This document shows, one piece after another, positions 37,754-49,500 of a stretch of DNA of 64,000 bases. The notes beneath the pieces were generated by a model. It searched no databases. It was not told where the DNA came from and saw nothing but the letters and a program-made list of their open reading frames with translations. The translations under genes were made by a program, and so were the position numbers. Positions within the stretch are counted from its first letter, which is position 1, and each line of letters opens with the position of its first letter. The DNA is from Candidatus Eiseniibacteriota bacterium (lineage in GTDB: Bacteria; Eisenbacteria; RBG-16-71-46), in contig OY970342.1 of assembly GCA_963717505.1 (NCBI GenBank), forward strand, positions 2,048,001 through 2,112,000. The letters are read 5' to 3'.

Positions 37754-38902
37754 TTGATCTACTTCGATCACAACGCCTCGACCCCGGTTCGTCCCGAGGC
37801 GGCCCGCGCCATGTTGGACGCCATGGCCGATCTGCACGCCAACCCCTCGAGCATGCATCGGGAAGGTCAGCGGGCGCGTGCCGCGATCGAGCGGGCGCGC
37901 GACCAGGTCGCCGTTCTGGTTGGCGCGCGTTCGCGCGATGTCGTATTCACCAGCGGTGGCACCGAGGGCGATCACGCCGGGCTGATCGGCGCCGCTCTGG
38001 CGCTCGAGGCGCGCGGGAAGCGGGTTGCGGTGTCGGCGGTCGAGCACCACGCGGTGCACGGTGCCGCGCACGTGCTCGAACGACTCGGCTGGCAGGTCGA
38101 GACCCTGCCGGCGTCCCGGGACGGCGTGCTCGACGTGCGCGCCATCGACGCCTTGCCGGCCGACACCACGCTGATCGCGGTCATGCTCGCCAACAACGAA
38201 ACCGGCGTGATCCAGCCGGTGGCCGAGGTGGCGGCCCGCGCTCGGGCTCGCGGGATCGGGGTGCTGTGCGATGCGGTCCAGGCGGCCGGCAAGATCGCGC
38301 TCGACGTCGCGGCACTCGGCGTCGACTCCCTGGTGATCTCGGCGCACAAGCTGGGTGGCCCCAAGGGCGCTGGCGCCTTGGTGCTGCGCGAGGGCGCCCC
38401 TTACACGCCGCTGTTCCAGGGCAGCGCCCATGAAGGGGGCCGGCGGGGCGGCACCGAGAATCTGACCGGCATCGTCGGTTTTGGCGCGGCCGCGGCCGCG
38501 GCGCACGCCGAGCTGAGCACCGAGCCGACGCGCATCCGGGCGCTGCGTGATCGCCTCGAGCAGGCGATTCGCGCGGCACTGCCCGACGCCGTCCTCCATG
38601 GCGAGCGCGCCGAGCGCCTGCCCAACACGGTGAATCTCTCGATTCCGGGTGCGCGCAGCGACCATCTGTTGATGGCGCTCGATGCCCGCGGCGTTGCGGT
38701 CTCGGCCGGGGCCGCGTGCGCGAGTGGCGCGGTCGAGCCCTCGCCGGTGCTGACCGCGATGGGAGTGCCGCGCGACCTCGCGGTGTGCGCGTTGCGCTTG
38801 AGCATGGGGCGGACGACGACCGAGGCCGAGGTCGATACGGTGATTGCCGCACTGGTCGAAAGCGCGCGTGCCGCGCGCAGTGTCTCGGGGGTCGCGGCAT
38901 GA
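37754..38902 (+). CDS. iscS: Cysteine desulfurase (IscS/NifS type)
   Basis: YFDHNAST, FTSGGTE, NNETG, SAHKLGGPKG, SAGAACAS; GGAGG SD before TTG. Confidence 0.9.
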   Translation: MIYFDHNASTPVRPEAARAMLDAMADLHANPSSMHREGQRARAAIERARDQVAVLVGARSRDVVFTSGGTEGDHAGLIGAALALEARGKRVAVSAVEHHAVHGAAHVLERLGWQVETLPASRDGVLDVRAIDALPADTTLIAVMLANNETGVIQPVAEVAARARARGIGVLCDAVQAAGKIALDVAALGVDSLVISAHKLGGPKGAGALVLREGAPYTPLFQGSAHEGGRRGGTENLTGIVGFGAAAAAAHAELSTEPTRIRALRDRLEQAIRAALPDAVLHGERAERLPNTVNLSIPGARSDHLLMALDARGVAVSAGAACASGAVEPSPVLTAMGVPRDLAVCALRLSMGRTTTEAEVDTVIAALVESARAARSVSGVAA

Positions 38903-40059
38903 CGGCGCCACTCACCGTGCTCGCGGCCATGAGCGGGGGCGTGGACTCGGCGGTCGCCGCGGCACTACTCGCCGAGCAGGGCCACCAGGTTCGCGGCGTG
39001 ACGCTCAAGCTCTGGTGCTACGGCACTTCGCCCTTGTCGCCGCGCGCCTGCTGCACGCTCGACGCGATCGACGATGCGCGTTCCGTGGCGCGGACCATGG
39101 ATTTCCCGCACCACGTGGTCGAGGCCGAGGACGTGTTCCGCGCCCGCGTGCTGCAGCCGTTCCTCGACGCCTACGCCGCCGGACGCACGCCCTACCCGTG
39201 CGCGCTGTGCAACCAGCACCTGAAGTTCGGCGACTTGGTGTCGCGCATGGAGCTGATCGGCGCCGCTCGGCTCGCGACCGGGCACTACGCGCGCGTCGAG
39301 CCCGATGGCGCGGGCGGCTGGGCGCTCCTGCGCGCGGTCGATCGCACCAAGGATCAGTCGTACGCGCTGGCGCTGATTCCCTACGAGGTGCTCGATCGGG
39401 TCGTGTTTCCGCTCGGGAGCCTGCGCAAGGAGGAGGTCCGCGGGCACGCCGAGCGTCTCGGCCTCCGCGTCTGGGACAAGCCCGAGAGCCAGGATCTGTG
39501 TTTCGTCCCCGACGGCGACTACGCCGGCTACATGACGTCGAAGCTGGGAGAGACGCGCGGTACCGCCGAGGGTCCGGTCGAGACGCGCGACGGAAGCCGC
39601 CTGGGCACCCACCGCGGCCTGATCCACTACACGGTCGGCCAGCGCAAGGGCCTGGGGATCGCGGCCGCGGCACCGCTCTATGTGCTCGAGCTGGACGCGG
39701 CGCGCAATACGGTGGTGGTCGGCGAGCGCGCCGAGCTGGATGCACCAGGGCTCGAGACCGGGCCGATGAACTGGCTCGCCCGCACCCCGCCCGAGGCCGG
39801 CACTCGCGTCGAGGTCCAAATCCGCGCGCACCACGTTCCCGCCGCGGCGACTTTGTCGCCGCGGGCCGACGGCACGGCCGAAGTGCGCTTCGATGTCCCC
39901 CAGGCCGCGGTGACACCCGGACAGCTCGCGGTGCTCTATCGGGGAGATCGTGTGCTGGGGGGTGGGCCGATCGCACGCGCACTCGCCGGAACCGACGCTC
40001 GGGGCATCGACACCGCCGCGGCGAGTGCGGCTCTGGCCGGCAGTCACCGCGCTCCATGA
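38899..40059 (+). CDS. mnmA: tRNA 2-thiouridylase
   Basis: AMSGGVDS, TPYPCALCN, ATGHYA, KDQSY, ESQDLCF, TVGQRKG, VTPGQ. Confidence 0.95.
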   Translation: MTAPLTVLAAMSGGVDSAVAAALLAEQGHQVRGVTLKLWCYGTSPLSPRACCTLDAIDDARSVARTMDFPHHVVEAEDVFRARVLQPFLDAYAAGRTPYPCALCNQHLKFGDLVSRMELIGAARLATGHYARVEPDGAGGWALLRAVDRTKDQSYALALIPYEVLDRVVFPLGSLRKEEVRGHAERLGLRVWDKPESQDLCFVPDGDYAGYMTSKLGETRGTAEGPVETRDGSRLGTHRGLIHYTVGQRKGLGIAAAAPLYVLELDAARNTVVVGERAELDAPGLETGPMNWLARTPPEAGTRVEVQIRAHHVPAAATLSPRADGTAEVRFDVPQAAVTPGQLAVLYRGDRVLGGGPIARALAGTDARGIDTAAASAALAGSHRAP

Positions 40060-40985
40060 CCGGAGCGCCGGCGAGCGCCGAACGCGCGCCGCTCGCCGTG
40101 GTCGCGGTCGATCGATGCCTGGCCTGTGGCAGCAACCTGCCGGCACGCCTGGCGATGACCTACGAGTATCGCGGCCGCCGATTCCCCGCCGCGCAATGCC
40201 GCAACTGCGGCATGCGCTTCCTGTCGATCCAGCCAGCGCCCGAGGCGCTCCACGAGCTGTACGACTCGAGCTACTTCGAATCGGACTTCCGCTGCGGCCG
40301 AAGCGACGAGCACAGCTTCGACGACGCTGCGTTTCGCGACGAGAACGCGGCGCTGCTCGACGACTTCGCGCGCATCGGCCCGCCCGGCCGACTGCTCGAG
40401 GTCGGCTGTGCGGGAGGGAGTCTGCTCCGGCTGGCGACCGAGCGTGGCTGGAGCGCACGCGGGGTCGAGTTCTCGGCCGACGCGGTGGCGCAGGCGCGAT
40501 CGCGCGGTTCTGACGTGGTCCAGGGTGATCTGCTCGATGCCGCGTTCCCCGCGGGCGCCTTCGATCTGGTCTACATGGGCGACGTGCTCGAGCACGTCGC
40601 CGACTGCCGGCGCACCCTGCTCGAAGTCGCGCGCGTGCTGGCGCCCGGCGGCCACCTCTACTTGCGCGGCCCGATCACCACCCACTCGCTGGCGCGCAGT
40701 CTTGCGCTCGGCGTCATGGGCGCCCTCGGCCGCACCCTCGTGCTGCGCGAGCCGCCCTACCACCTGTGGGAGTTCACGCCGAGGCCGCTCCGCCGGCTGC
40801 TTGCGTCGACCGGGTTCGACGTCGTGCGCTGGCGGGAGTCGAAGATCCGGCCCGGCCGCCCGCACGGGAAGAAGTCGGCCCTCGAGCAGACCGTGCTCGT
40901 GATACTGGACGCCGTGAATGTGCCGTTGACGCGCATCGCCAACGTGCGCGGCGATCGCGTCGTCTTGGTCGCGCGCAAGCGCTAG
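40056..40985 (+). CDS. Class I SAM-dependent methyltransferase with N-terminal Zn ribbon
   Basis: CLAC..CRNC, LLEVGCAGG, DVLEH, PPYHL. Confidence 0.85.
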   Translation: MTGAPASAERAPLAVVAVDRCLACGSNLPARLAMTYEYRGRRFPAAQCRNCGMRFLSIQPAPEALHELYDSSYFESDFRCGRSDEHSFDDAAFRDENAALLDDFARIGPPGRLLEVGCAGGSLLRLATERGWSARGVEFSADAVAQARSRGSDVVQGDLLDAAFPAGAFDLVYMGDVLEHVADCRRTLLEVARVLAPGGHLYLRGPITTHSLARSLALGVMGALGRTLVLREPPYHLWEFTPRPLRRLLASTGFDVVRWRESKIRPGRPHGKKSALEQTVLVILDAVNVPLTRIANVRGDRVVLVARKR

Positions 40986-41019
40986 CCGCCCGGACACGCT
41001 CTCGGGCACCGCACCGTCG

Positions 41020-41049
41020 TTGACAGCCCTGCGGGCGGTTCCCTAGCCT
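41020..41049 (+). promoter_or_regulatory. sigma70-like promoter, very short leader
   Basis: TTGACA-18-TAGCCT, ATG 10 nt downstream, no SD. Confidence 0.6.
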
Positions 41050-41059
41050 CCGCGCGCCC

Positions 41060-42057
<998 letters not shown>

Positions 42058-42061
<4 letters not shown>

Positions 42062-42906
42062 GCGCCACCGCGCTCGGCACGGTGGTGACCAACGCGCGCG
42101 GGTTGGCGCTCGACCTGCGCGCGGTCTACGCGCGCTGCTACGTGCGCCTGGTCGGCTCGTACCGCGAGCCGGCGTGGGTGATCAGCGACGCCCTGTTCCC
42201 GATTCTCGGCATGCTGGCGTTCGTGCTGTTCTATCGCGCTCTGGGAGCACCCAAGAGCTTCGAGGCGGTGGCGGTGATCGGCGGCATCCTCGCCACCTAC
42301 TGGATCAACGTGCTGTGGGGGATGGGGGCGCAGCTCTACTGGGAGAAGCAGCAGGGCCAGCTCGCGCTCTACTTCGCCGCCCCCTGCTCGCGGATGTCGA
42401 TCCTGACCGGCATGGCGGTCGGCGGCATCATCATGACCTCGGTGCGCGCGGTGATCGGCATCGCGCTCGGCTTCGGCGTGCTCGGCGTGCGGGTCGAGCC
42501 GTTCAATCCGCTCCACCTCGCCGGCATCTTCGTGATCACCATGGTCGCGCTCTACTCGCTGGGCATGCTGATGGCCTCGCAGTTCCTGCTCTACGGCCGC
42601 GAGGCCTGGCACATCTGCAACGCGTTCGTCGAGCCGGTGTTCTTCGTCTCGGGCCTCTATTTTCCGATTCGCACCCTGGGCGCGTTCGGCGCGGTGGCCG
42701 CCGGGGTGGTGCCCCTCGGCCTCGGCCTCGACGCCATGCGCCAGATCCTGCTCGGCGCCGGCGCACACGGTCTGTTCCCGGTGCGCACCGAAGCCCTGCT
42801 GCTCGCCGTCATCGGCGTCTTCTACTGGTTCCTCGCCCGCCTCGGTCTCGGCTACCTCGAGCGACTCTCGAAGCGGGAGGGACGGCTGACCCAGCGATGG
42901 CAGTGA
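42058..42906 (+). CDS. ABC-2 type permease
   Basis: Multiple TMs, WEKQQGQL, SGLYFP; GTGA overlap. Confidence 0.85.
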
Positions 42907-43778
42907 CCCAGGTGCTGTCGGCGCCGACGCCGGCGCGGCCGCCGCTCGCGGTGCGCATCCGCACTGCCGGCTGGCTCGGCTGGCAGATCGAGTCCAACTG
43001 GGCCGATCCCCTGACCTTCAGCGTCTACACGCTGCTGCGTCCGGTGGGCACGGCGTTGATCCTGGCCGGCATCTACTGGGCGGCCGGCGGTGCCGCGTCC
43101 AAGCCCGAGCTGTTCGCCGCGTTCTACCTGGGAAACGCGTTCCACGAGTACGTCACGCGCGTGCTGCTCGGCATGGGCTGGGTGATCGTCGAGGAGCGAG
43201 AGGAGTACGAGACCCTGCGCATCCTGTGCGCCTCGCCGGTCGGCATGCTCGCCTACCTCACCGGGCGCGCCAGTGTGAAGTACGCACTCGCAACCGTGAG
43301 TGTCGTGATCGTGCTCGCGATCGGCTGGCTGTTCCTGGGCCTGCGCTGGGACTGGGCGCAGATCCAGTGGGCGTGGCTCGCGCTGTCCATGGTGATCGGG
43401 CTCGCCTCGGTCTTGTTCCTCGGCTTTCTGGTGGCCGGCTGGGCGTTGCTGCTGCCGCGGATCGCCATCAGCGTCAACGAAGGGATCGGGGTCGCGCTCT
43501 ATCTCTTGTGCGGCGTGATCTTTCCGATCGACCTGATGCCACGCGCGCTGCAGATCCCGTCGCTGATGCTGCCGTTCACCTATTGGTACGAGACGATTCG
43601 CCGCTTCGTACTGGGCCACGGGGCCAGCGCGTATCTCTCGGAGTGGAGCGACGCGCGCCTGGTGGGGACGCTGGCGGCGACCGCGGCGGCGTTCGCGGTG
43701 GTGTCGGTGGTCGGCTACCGGGCGCTCGAGCGCTCGGCGCGCCGCAGCGGCCGGCTGGACCAGACCACGCTGTTTTAG
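42897..43778 (+). CDS. ABC-2 type permease
   Basis: Multiple TMs, EEREEYETL, GVIFPIDLMP. Confidence 0.85.
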   Translation: MAVTQVLSAPTPARPPLAVRIRTAGWLGWQIESNWADPLTFSVYTLLRPVGTALILAGIYWAAGGAASKPELFAAFYLGNAFHEYVTRVLLGMGWVIVEEREEYETLRILCASPVGMLAYLTGRASVKYALATVSVVIVLAIGWLFLGLRWDWAQIQWAWLALSMVIGLASVLFLGFLVAGWALLLPRIAISVNEGIGVALYLLCGVIFPIDLMPRALQIPSLMLPFTYWYETIRRFVLGHGASAYLSEWSDARLVGTLAATAAAFAVVSVVGYRALERSARRSGRLDQTTLF

Positions 43779-43834
43779 CCGTACGGGCAACCCCGTGCGA
43801 GAGACACGTCTGCGAATTCCCCTACAAGAGCGGG

Positions 43835-43863
43835 TTGACTCGCGGGAACCCCCGGGACAGAAT
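43835..43863 (+). promoter_or_regulatory. sigma70-like promoter upstream of aro-cmoA-ICMT operon
   Basis: TTGACT-17-CAGAAT. Confidence 0.55.
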
Positions 43864-43927
43864 CGCCGCAGAAGCTCTTCCGGCGGCCTCGGCGGCCCAC
43901 CTGGCGGGTGCGCTGCGCACCGTCGGC

Positions 43928-45097
43928 ATGGTTCGAACCCTATCTCCAACGGCGAATGTGACTGAATCTAAGGGTGCCCCGGTATCGCTGAGCGCGCTCC
44001 GGAACGAGATCGACGATCTCAACGAGCGGATCCTCGAACTGTTGCAGTCGCGCGGCGAAATCGTGATGCGCATCGCCGAGACCAAACGCATCCACGACCT
44101 GGCCGCGTACGACCCCCGCCGCGAAGCCGAGATGTTGAACCACCTGATGCACCGGATGACCGGCGCATTCGGCCCCGATGAGATCAGGGAAGTGTTCCAG
44201 GCGATCTTCCGGGCTTCGCTCGACATCCAGGACCGCGAACGGCGCCGGGGCCTGCGCGTGTTGTCCAAAGGCATCGTCCCGCCGGGAGGGATTCGAGTCG
44301 GCAACGTCTCGGTCGGCGGTGGTGTTCCCGTGCTGTTCGCCGGGCCTTGCTCGGTCGAGACGGCGGAACAAATGGACGCCATCGCTTCGTTCCTCGCGGG
44401 GCTGCCGGTGCAGAAGATCCTGCGCGCCGGGGCATACAAGCCGCGCACCAACCCGTATTCCTTCCAGGGGCTGCGCGAGGAGGGGCTGCACATCCTGCGC
44501 GCGGCCGGCGACCGCTACGGCCTGCCAGTCGTGACCGAAGTGCTCGACACCTCGACCTTGGATGCCGTGGCGGCGTCGGCCGACATGGTGCAGATCGGCG
44601 CCCGCAACATGTACAACACCGAGCTGCTCAAGGCCGTCGGCAAGCTCGAGAAGCCGGTGCTGCTCAAGCGCGGCTTCATGGCCACGATCGAGGAGCTGCT
44701 GCTCTCGGCCGAGTACATCGTGGCCGCCGGCAACCCGGCGGTCGTCCTGTGCGAGCGCGGCATTCGCACGTTCGAGAATCAGACGCGCTTCACGCTCGAC
44801 ATTTCTGCGATACCGTTGCTCAAGCAGGAAACGGCCCTGCCGGTGATCGTGGACGTGAGCCACGCCCTGGGCCGGCGCGACATCCTGCTGCCGTGCGCCC
44901 GGGCCGCGATGGCCGCGGGGGCCGACGGCCTGATGATCGAAGCCCACGTGCAACCCGACCAGGCGCTGTCCGATGGATTCCAGCAGGTCCGCCTCGAGGA
45001 CCTCGCCGCGATCGTCGAGGGCCTAGGCTGGGAAACCGTGCCGCCGGCCTCGAGCCGAGCCGCCCGGAACGCAACCGAAACCGCCATGGTGAGGTGA
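43928..45097 (+). CDS. Chorismate mutase (AroQ-type) - DAHP synthase (type I beta) fusion
   Basis: N-terminal LRNEIDDLNERILELLQSR..K; AGPCSVE, KPRTNPYSFQG, QIGARNM, CERGIRTF, DVSH; exact start uncertain. Confidence 0.9.
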   Translation: MVRTLSPTANVTESKGAPVSLSALRNEIDDLNERILELLQSRGEIVMRIAETKRIHDLAAYDPRREAEMLNHLMHRMTGAFGPDEIREVFQAIFRASLDIQDRERRRGLRVLSKGIVPPGGIRVGNVSVGGGVPVLFAGPCSVETAEQMDAIASFLAGLPVQKILRAGAYKPRTNPYSFQGLREEGLHILRAAGDRYGLPVVTEVLDTSTLDAVAASADMVQIGARNMYNTELLKAVGKLEKPVLLKRGFMATIEELLLSAEYIVAAGNPAVVLCERGIRTFENQTRFTLDISAIPLLKQETALPVIVDVSHALGRRDILLPCARAAMAAGADGLMIEAHVQPDQALSDGFQQVRLEDLAAIVEGLGWETVPPASSRAARNATETAMVR

Positions 45098-45101
45098 CCT
45101 C

Positions 45102-45888
45102 ATGCCCAAGACCGTCGGTGACGACCGACCCTCGATCACGACCACGCCCGAGACGGCCGATCGTGATCGCCTGTTCTCCGAACAACGCCGGCGCGTCGAT
45201 GACTTCGACTTCGGCGCCAAGACGGCCAACGTGTTCGACGACATGCTCGACCGCTCGGTGCCGTTCTATCAGGAAATCCAGAGGATGGTTGCCGAGCTGG
45301 CGGTCGACTTCGCCGAGGACGGCACGTCGATCTACGACCTGGGCTGCTCGACCGGAACCAGCTTCGTCCAGATCGCCGCGGGGCTGCCGGCAGGCGTCCG
45401 CGTGAAGTTCGTCGGCCTCGATTCCTCCAAGGAAATGCTCGAGAAGGCCGAGCGCAAGTTGAAGGACCATGCGTTCGGCCATGACTACGAGCTGCGCCAC
45501 ACCGACCTGAATGCCGGCGTGTCGATCGAGAACGCGTCCGTGGTATTGCTCGTGCTCACCCTGCAATTCGTGCGGCCGCTCCAGCGCGAGCGGATCATTC
45601 GCAGTGTGTACGAGGGGCTCACCGAGAACGGCTGTCTCATCCTGGTCGAGAAAGTCCTGGGTGAGAGCTCCGACTTCAACCGATTGTTCATCAACCACTA
45701 TTACGAGATTGAAGCGGCGCAACGGGTACAGCGATCTCGAGATCGCCCAGAAGCGCGAAGCGCTCGAAAACGTGCTGGTGCCCTACCGGCTCGAAGAAAA
45801 CAAGGAACTCTTGCAACGGCGCGGATTCCAGAACGTCGACGTGTTCTTCAAGTGGTACAACTTCTGCGCGATCATCGCGAAGAAATGA
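45102..45888 (+). CDS. cmoA: Carboxy-S-adenosyl-L-methionine synthase; one extra base near 45709
   Basis: [34 protein letters not shown], then after a frameshift [28 protein letters not shown]. Confidence 0.88.
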
Positions 45889-46688
45889 AGACCACGTCGG
45901 GCACCCACGCCACGGGAGTTGAGCCCGGCGGTACCGCGGTTCCCGAGGCGACAACCCGCCGGTCGCTGCTGGTCAGCATCGGTCATGTGCTGTTCCACTA
46001 CCGGAACGCACTGTTCCCGGTGACGTTCCTGCTGCTGGCACTGGCCTCACGCCCGATGCTGTTGGGTGGCGACCTGCGGACGGACGCGATCCTGGACGTC
46101 GTGGGGATCGCGATCGCACTGGCCGGGCAGGGGCTGCGCGCGGCGGTCATCGGACTCGCCTACATCCGGCGCGGCGGCAAGGAAGGCCGCATCCACGCCG
46201 ACACGTTGGTGACCGAGGGCTTCTTCGCCCACTCGCGGAACCCGCTCTACCTCGGCAACATGCTCGTCTACCTCGGCCTGTTCCTGGTGCTCAACTCGGT
46301 TCTCGGCTACGCGGTGGGCGTGCCCTTCTTCCTCTTCGCGTACATCTGCATCACGCGTGCGGAGGAGGACTACCTGCGCAGCAACTTCGGAGCGACCTAC
46401 GAGGAGTACTTCCGCCGCGTCCCGCGTTTCCTGCCGAAGCTCGAGGGTCTGGGCGCCACGACGCGCGGCATGCGTTTCGACTGGAAGCGACTCCTGCGCA
46501 AGGAATACGGCTCGACCTTCTCCTGGATGACGACCATGCTCGCGCTGCTCTACTGGGAGCGGGTGCGCAACCAGGGTGTCGCGGCTTCGCAGGGCGCCCT
46601 CGGGGCGGTGCTGGTGGCCTGGGCCGTGTTGTTCGCCGGCTATCTCGTCGTGCGGTATCTCAAGAAGTCGAAGGCCCTCCAGGACTGA
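45885..46688 (+). CDS. ICMT/PEMT-family integral membrane methyltransferase (LmtA-like)
   Basis: [40 protein letters not shown]; ATGA overlap with cmoA stop. Confidence 0.85.
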   Translation: MKTTSGTHATGVEPGGTAVPEATTRRSLLVSIGHVLFHYRNALFPVTFLLLALASRPMLLGGDLRTDAILDVVGIAIALAGQGLRAAVIGLAYIRRGGKEGRIHADTLVTEGFFAHSRNPLYLGNMLVYLGLFLVLNSVLGYAVGVPFFLFAYICITRAEEDYLRSNFGATYEEYFRRVPRFLPKLEGLGATTRGMRFDWKRLLRKEYGSTFSWMTTMLALLYWERVRNQGVAASQGALGAVLVAWAVLFAGYLVVRYLKKSKALQD

Positions 46689-46698
46689 CGGCGCGGTC

Positions 46699-49320
46699 CT
46701 ACTTCTTACCCAGACTCCCATTCAGGTACTCGGCCACGGCTTTGCTCTCGCGCGTCCGCAGCGCGACGCAGTCCTGGACCTCATCGGTCATCCGCGCCAT
46801 TTCCTTCTCGGTGCCGGCGGCGCGCCGTCTCGGATCGTCGAAGAAGGCGGTGGCGGCCTCGAGGCGCTTGGCGGAGCAGCCGGCGGCGAACCACGGCAGA
46901 TAGACGGTGAACTGCGCTGGCATGCGCTGGGTGATGGTTTCATAGTTCACCGTGAACCACTGATAGACCTCGTCTTGGAGCTCCGGCGATTCGGCCATCA
47001 CCCGCGGGATGGTCAGCAGCTCCTGCGGGCGCATCGGGCCCGAGAGCGAGTAGGCGAGCGCCTTGGGTGACAAGGTCTCGCTGCGGAACCAGCCAAGCGA
47101 CTCGAGGAAGCGACGCCGCTCGTTCGGCGTCTTGCTCTTCTCGAATCGCAATTTGTAGGTGTCGAACAGCGCGCGGTCGCCGCGCAGGGCGGCGAGGTGC
47201 AGATAGGTGTCGGCCAGCGTCGGCTGGACCGCCGAAGGGTTCTCGAGGTAGGTGGTCGCCTGCGAGCGTGCGCGGGCGAGGATCTTGGGGTCGCGGCCGA
47301 GGTTCCCCAGCCGCTCGACCAGGCGCGGACGCAGCTCGGTCGCGGTTTCGGGCTCGCCGTCCCACGGCTCGGGCCCGATGCGGTCGAGCGCCGGCCCCAG
47401 CGTCTCGCGCACGAAACGGGCGAAGGGCTCGGCCAGGGGCTCGGTGACGAACGTCAGGTGCGCGCGATCGACGCCGTCCGCGACCGCGCGGAGCACGCGG
47501 GGCTCGGGGTCGCGGCAGAATCCCTTGAGGATTCTCAGATATCGATCGCCGGTCACGCGACCGGACTGGAGCAGCGCCGAGAGGTTGTAGAGGAAGCCAA
47601 TCCGCTCGCGTGGGGTCAATAGCTCGCCCGACCGATCGGCGAGCAGCTGCAGCATGCCGTCGGGAAGGCTCCAGCGGTAGTACCCGCGCGCCTCAGCACT
47701 CGGCAACACCCACGCCGCCTTCGAGCCCCCCGGGAGCGACACGGTCTTGGACGCTTCGTCGAGCAGGACCGTGTGCGTTCGGGTTCCGCCCTCGGCGGGA
47801 TAACGCAGCGTCACCGGGATGCTCCACCGTTGCCGGCCGGGTGCGGCGGCCCCGGTGCTCAGGAACCGTTGCTGGGTCAGCGTCACCTTGCCGCCGGGCT
47901 CGAGGGCCAGCGACACCAGCGGCATTCCCGGCTGGTCGAGGAACGTGGCCATAGATGCGCCGACGTCGGGCCCGTCGGCTGCCGACAGCGCCTGCCATAG
48001 ATCGTCGGCCTCGGCGTTGCCCCAGGTGTGGGCGTCGATGTACCGACGCACGCCCGCCCGGAATTCCTCCTCGCCGAGCCACTGCTCGAACATCCCGAGC
48101 ACCGCTTGGCCCTTGTTGTAGGCGAGATCGTCGGCGATCTGCAGGAGATTCTCCGCCGAGCTGACCGTCTGGCGGATCGGGCGGGTCGACAGGCGGCTGT
48201 CGGTGGTCATCGCCCCGTTGGCGCCGGTCAGGTTCGCGAGGTCGGTCTGATAGTCGGGGAAGACGCGTTCCGAGACCTTGTCGCCCATCCACGAGGCGAA
48301 CGACTCGTTGAGCCACAAGTCGTCCCACCATTTCATGGTCACCAGGTCGCCGAACCACATGTGCGCCAGCTCGTGCGCCATGACTTCGACCAAAGACCGG
48401 CGCTGGGAGGGGGTCGCGGTGGCTGGGTCGAGCAACAACATGCGATCCACGAACGTGATCGCTCCCGGGTTTTCCATCGCGCCGTACCAGAACTCGGGCA
48501 CGCCAATGATGTCGAGCTTCTCGAAGGGATAGGGGCGACCGAAGTAGTCCTCGAGAGCGCGCAGGATCGGCGGCGTGACGCGCGCCGCCTCGGATGCGAG
48601 GCGCTTCTGCCCGGCCACGGTGACGATCCGCCCCGGAACCGCGAGCCCCGGAATCTCGACGGTTTCGAACGGACCGGTCGCCATCGCCACCAGGTAAGAC
48701 GGCATCGGCGGGCTCTGCCGGAACACGACCGTCTTCGACGTTTCGAAGGTGGTGATCTTGTCGGGCGGCGTGTTGGCGATCGCCATATGCTCCTTGGGGA
48801 CGATCAAGGTCAGCTGCCAGGGAATCTTGAACTCGGGCTCGTCCCAGCACGGGAAGGCTTCGCGGGCGTCGTCCGACTCGAACTGCGTGAACGAGTACCA
48901 CTGGCCGCCGTTCTGCAGGCGATAGAGGCTGGTGGCCTTGGTGTCGAACTCGTTGGTGAAATCGATGGCCAGCGTGTACTCGCCGGGCTCGAGCGCCGGC
49001 GCGGTGCGGACCGTGACTACTCCGTTCTGCTCGGGCCCGGGCGTGACCTCATAGGTGCTCTCGCCGGCGGTCAGCCGGAAGGCATTGAGGGTCAGCCCCT
49101 CCGAGTGGAAACGAAACAGGTCGGTCTGCCGATCGACGCGAAGTTCGATCCGCACCGACCCGCGGTAGCTCGGTTGACGCGCATCGAGTGCCAATCGGAC
49201 CGCCTGGGACGTGGGCACCACGTCGCGATCGAGCCGGCCACCGGCCGCGTGTGCCAGCGTGGCGCCAACACTCGCCAGACTGGCGACGACGATCAGGCCG
49301 AAGGCGGCGGGGCGGATCAT
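46699..49320 (-). CDS. Exported M1 family aminopeptidase with ERAP1-like C-terminus
   Basis: TQFE..AREAFPCWDEP, GAMEN, HELAH..WLNE, AYNKG; signal peptide. Confidence 0.93.
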   Translation of the reverse strand: MIRPAAFGLIVVASLASVGATLAHAAGGRLDRDVVPTSQAVRLALDARQPSYRGSVRIELRVDRQTDLFRFHSEGLTLNAFRLTAGESTYEVTPGPEQNGVVTVRTAPALEPGEYTLAIDFTNEFDTKATSLYRLQNGGQWYSFTQFESDDAREAFPCWDEPEFKIPWQLTLIVPKEHMAIANTPPDKITTFETSKTVVFRQSPPMPSYLVAMATGPFETVEIPGLAVPGRIVTVAGQKRLASEAARVTPPILRALEDYFGRPYPFEKLDIIGVPEFWYGAMENPGAITFVDRMLLLDPATATPSQRRSLVEVMAHELAHMWFGDLVTMKWWDDLWLNESFASWMGDKVSERVFPDYQTDLANLTGANGAMTTDSRLSTRPIRQTVSSAENLLQIADDLAYNKGQAVLGMFEQWLGEEEFRAGVRRYIDAHTWGNAEADDLWQALSAADGPDVGASMATFLDQPGMPLVSLALEPGGKVTLTQQRFLSTGAAAPGRQRWSIPVTLRYPAEGGTRTHTVLLDEASKTVSLPGGSKAAWVLPSAEARGYYRWSLPDGMLQLLADRSGELLTPRERIGFLYNLSALLQSGRVTGDRYLRILKGFCRDPEPRVLRAVADGVDRAHLTFVTEPLAEPFARFVRETLGPALDRIGPEPWDGEPETATELRPRLVERLGNLGRDPKILARARSQATTYLENPSAVQPTLADTYLHLAALRGDRALFDTYKLRFEKSKTPNERRRFLESLGWFRSETLSPKALAYSLSGPMRPQELLTIPRVMAESPELQDEVYQWFTVNYETITQRMPAQFTVYLPWFAAGCSAKRLEAATAFFDDPRRRAAGTEKEMARMTDEVQDCVALRTRESKAVAEYLNGSLGKK

Positions 49321-49440
49321 TCGGGATGGCTCCAAGGTTGGGAAGGTTTTCGACACGGCGAAGGCGGAATTGAAGCACTCGTGGGCTCGACGGACAATGG
49401 CGGGGCGCGCGCGGGGCGCGCGCCGGGGCGCCCGGGGCTG

Positions 49441-49469
49441 TTGCGCGGCCCGAAATGCATGGCTATAGT
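49441..49469 (+). promoter_or_regulatory. tRNA cluster promoter
   Basis: TTGCGC-17-TATAGT followed by GC-rich discriminator. Confidence 0.6.
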
Positions 49470-49500
49470 CCGTCGGCCCGGGCCCACTCGGCGGTCTTGT

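Noticed and set aside
45102-46688. 528-aa CmoA-ICMT fusion in the ORF track
   Set aside because: The conserved CmoA C-terminus ([15 protein letters not shown]..) is in another frame. One extra base near 45709 creates a non-homologous linker, and ATGA coupling at 45885 indicates two genes.
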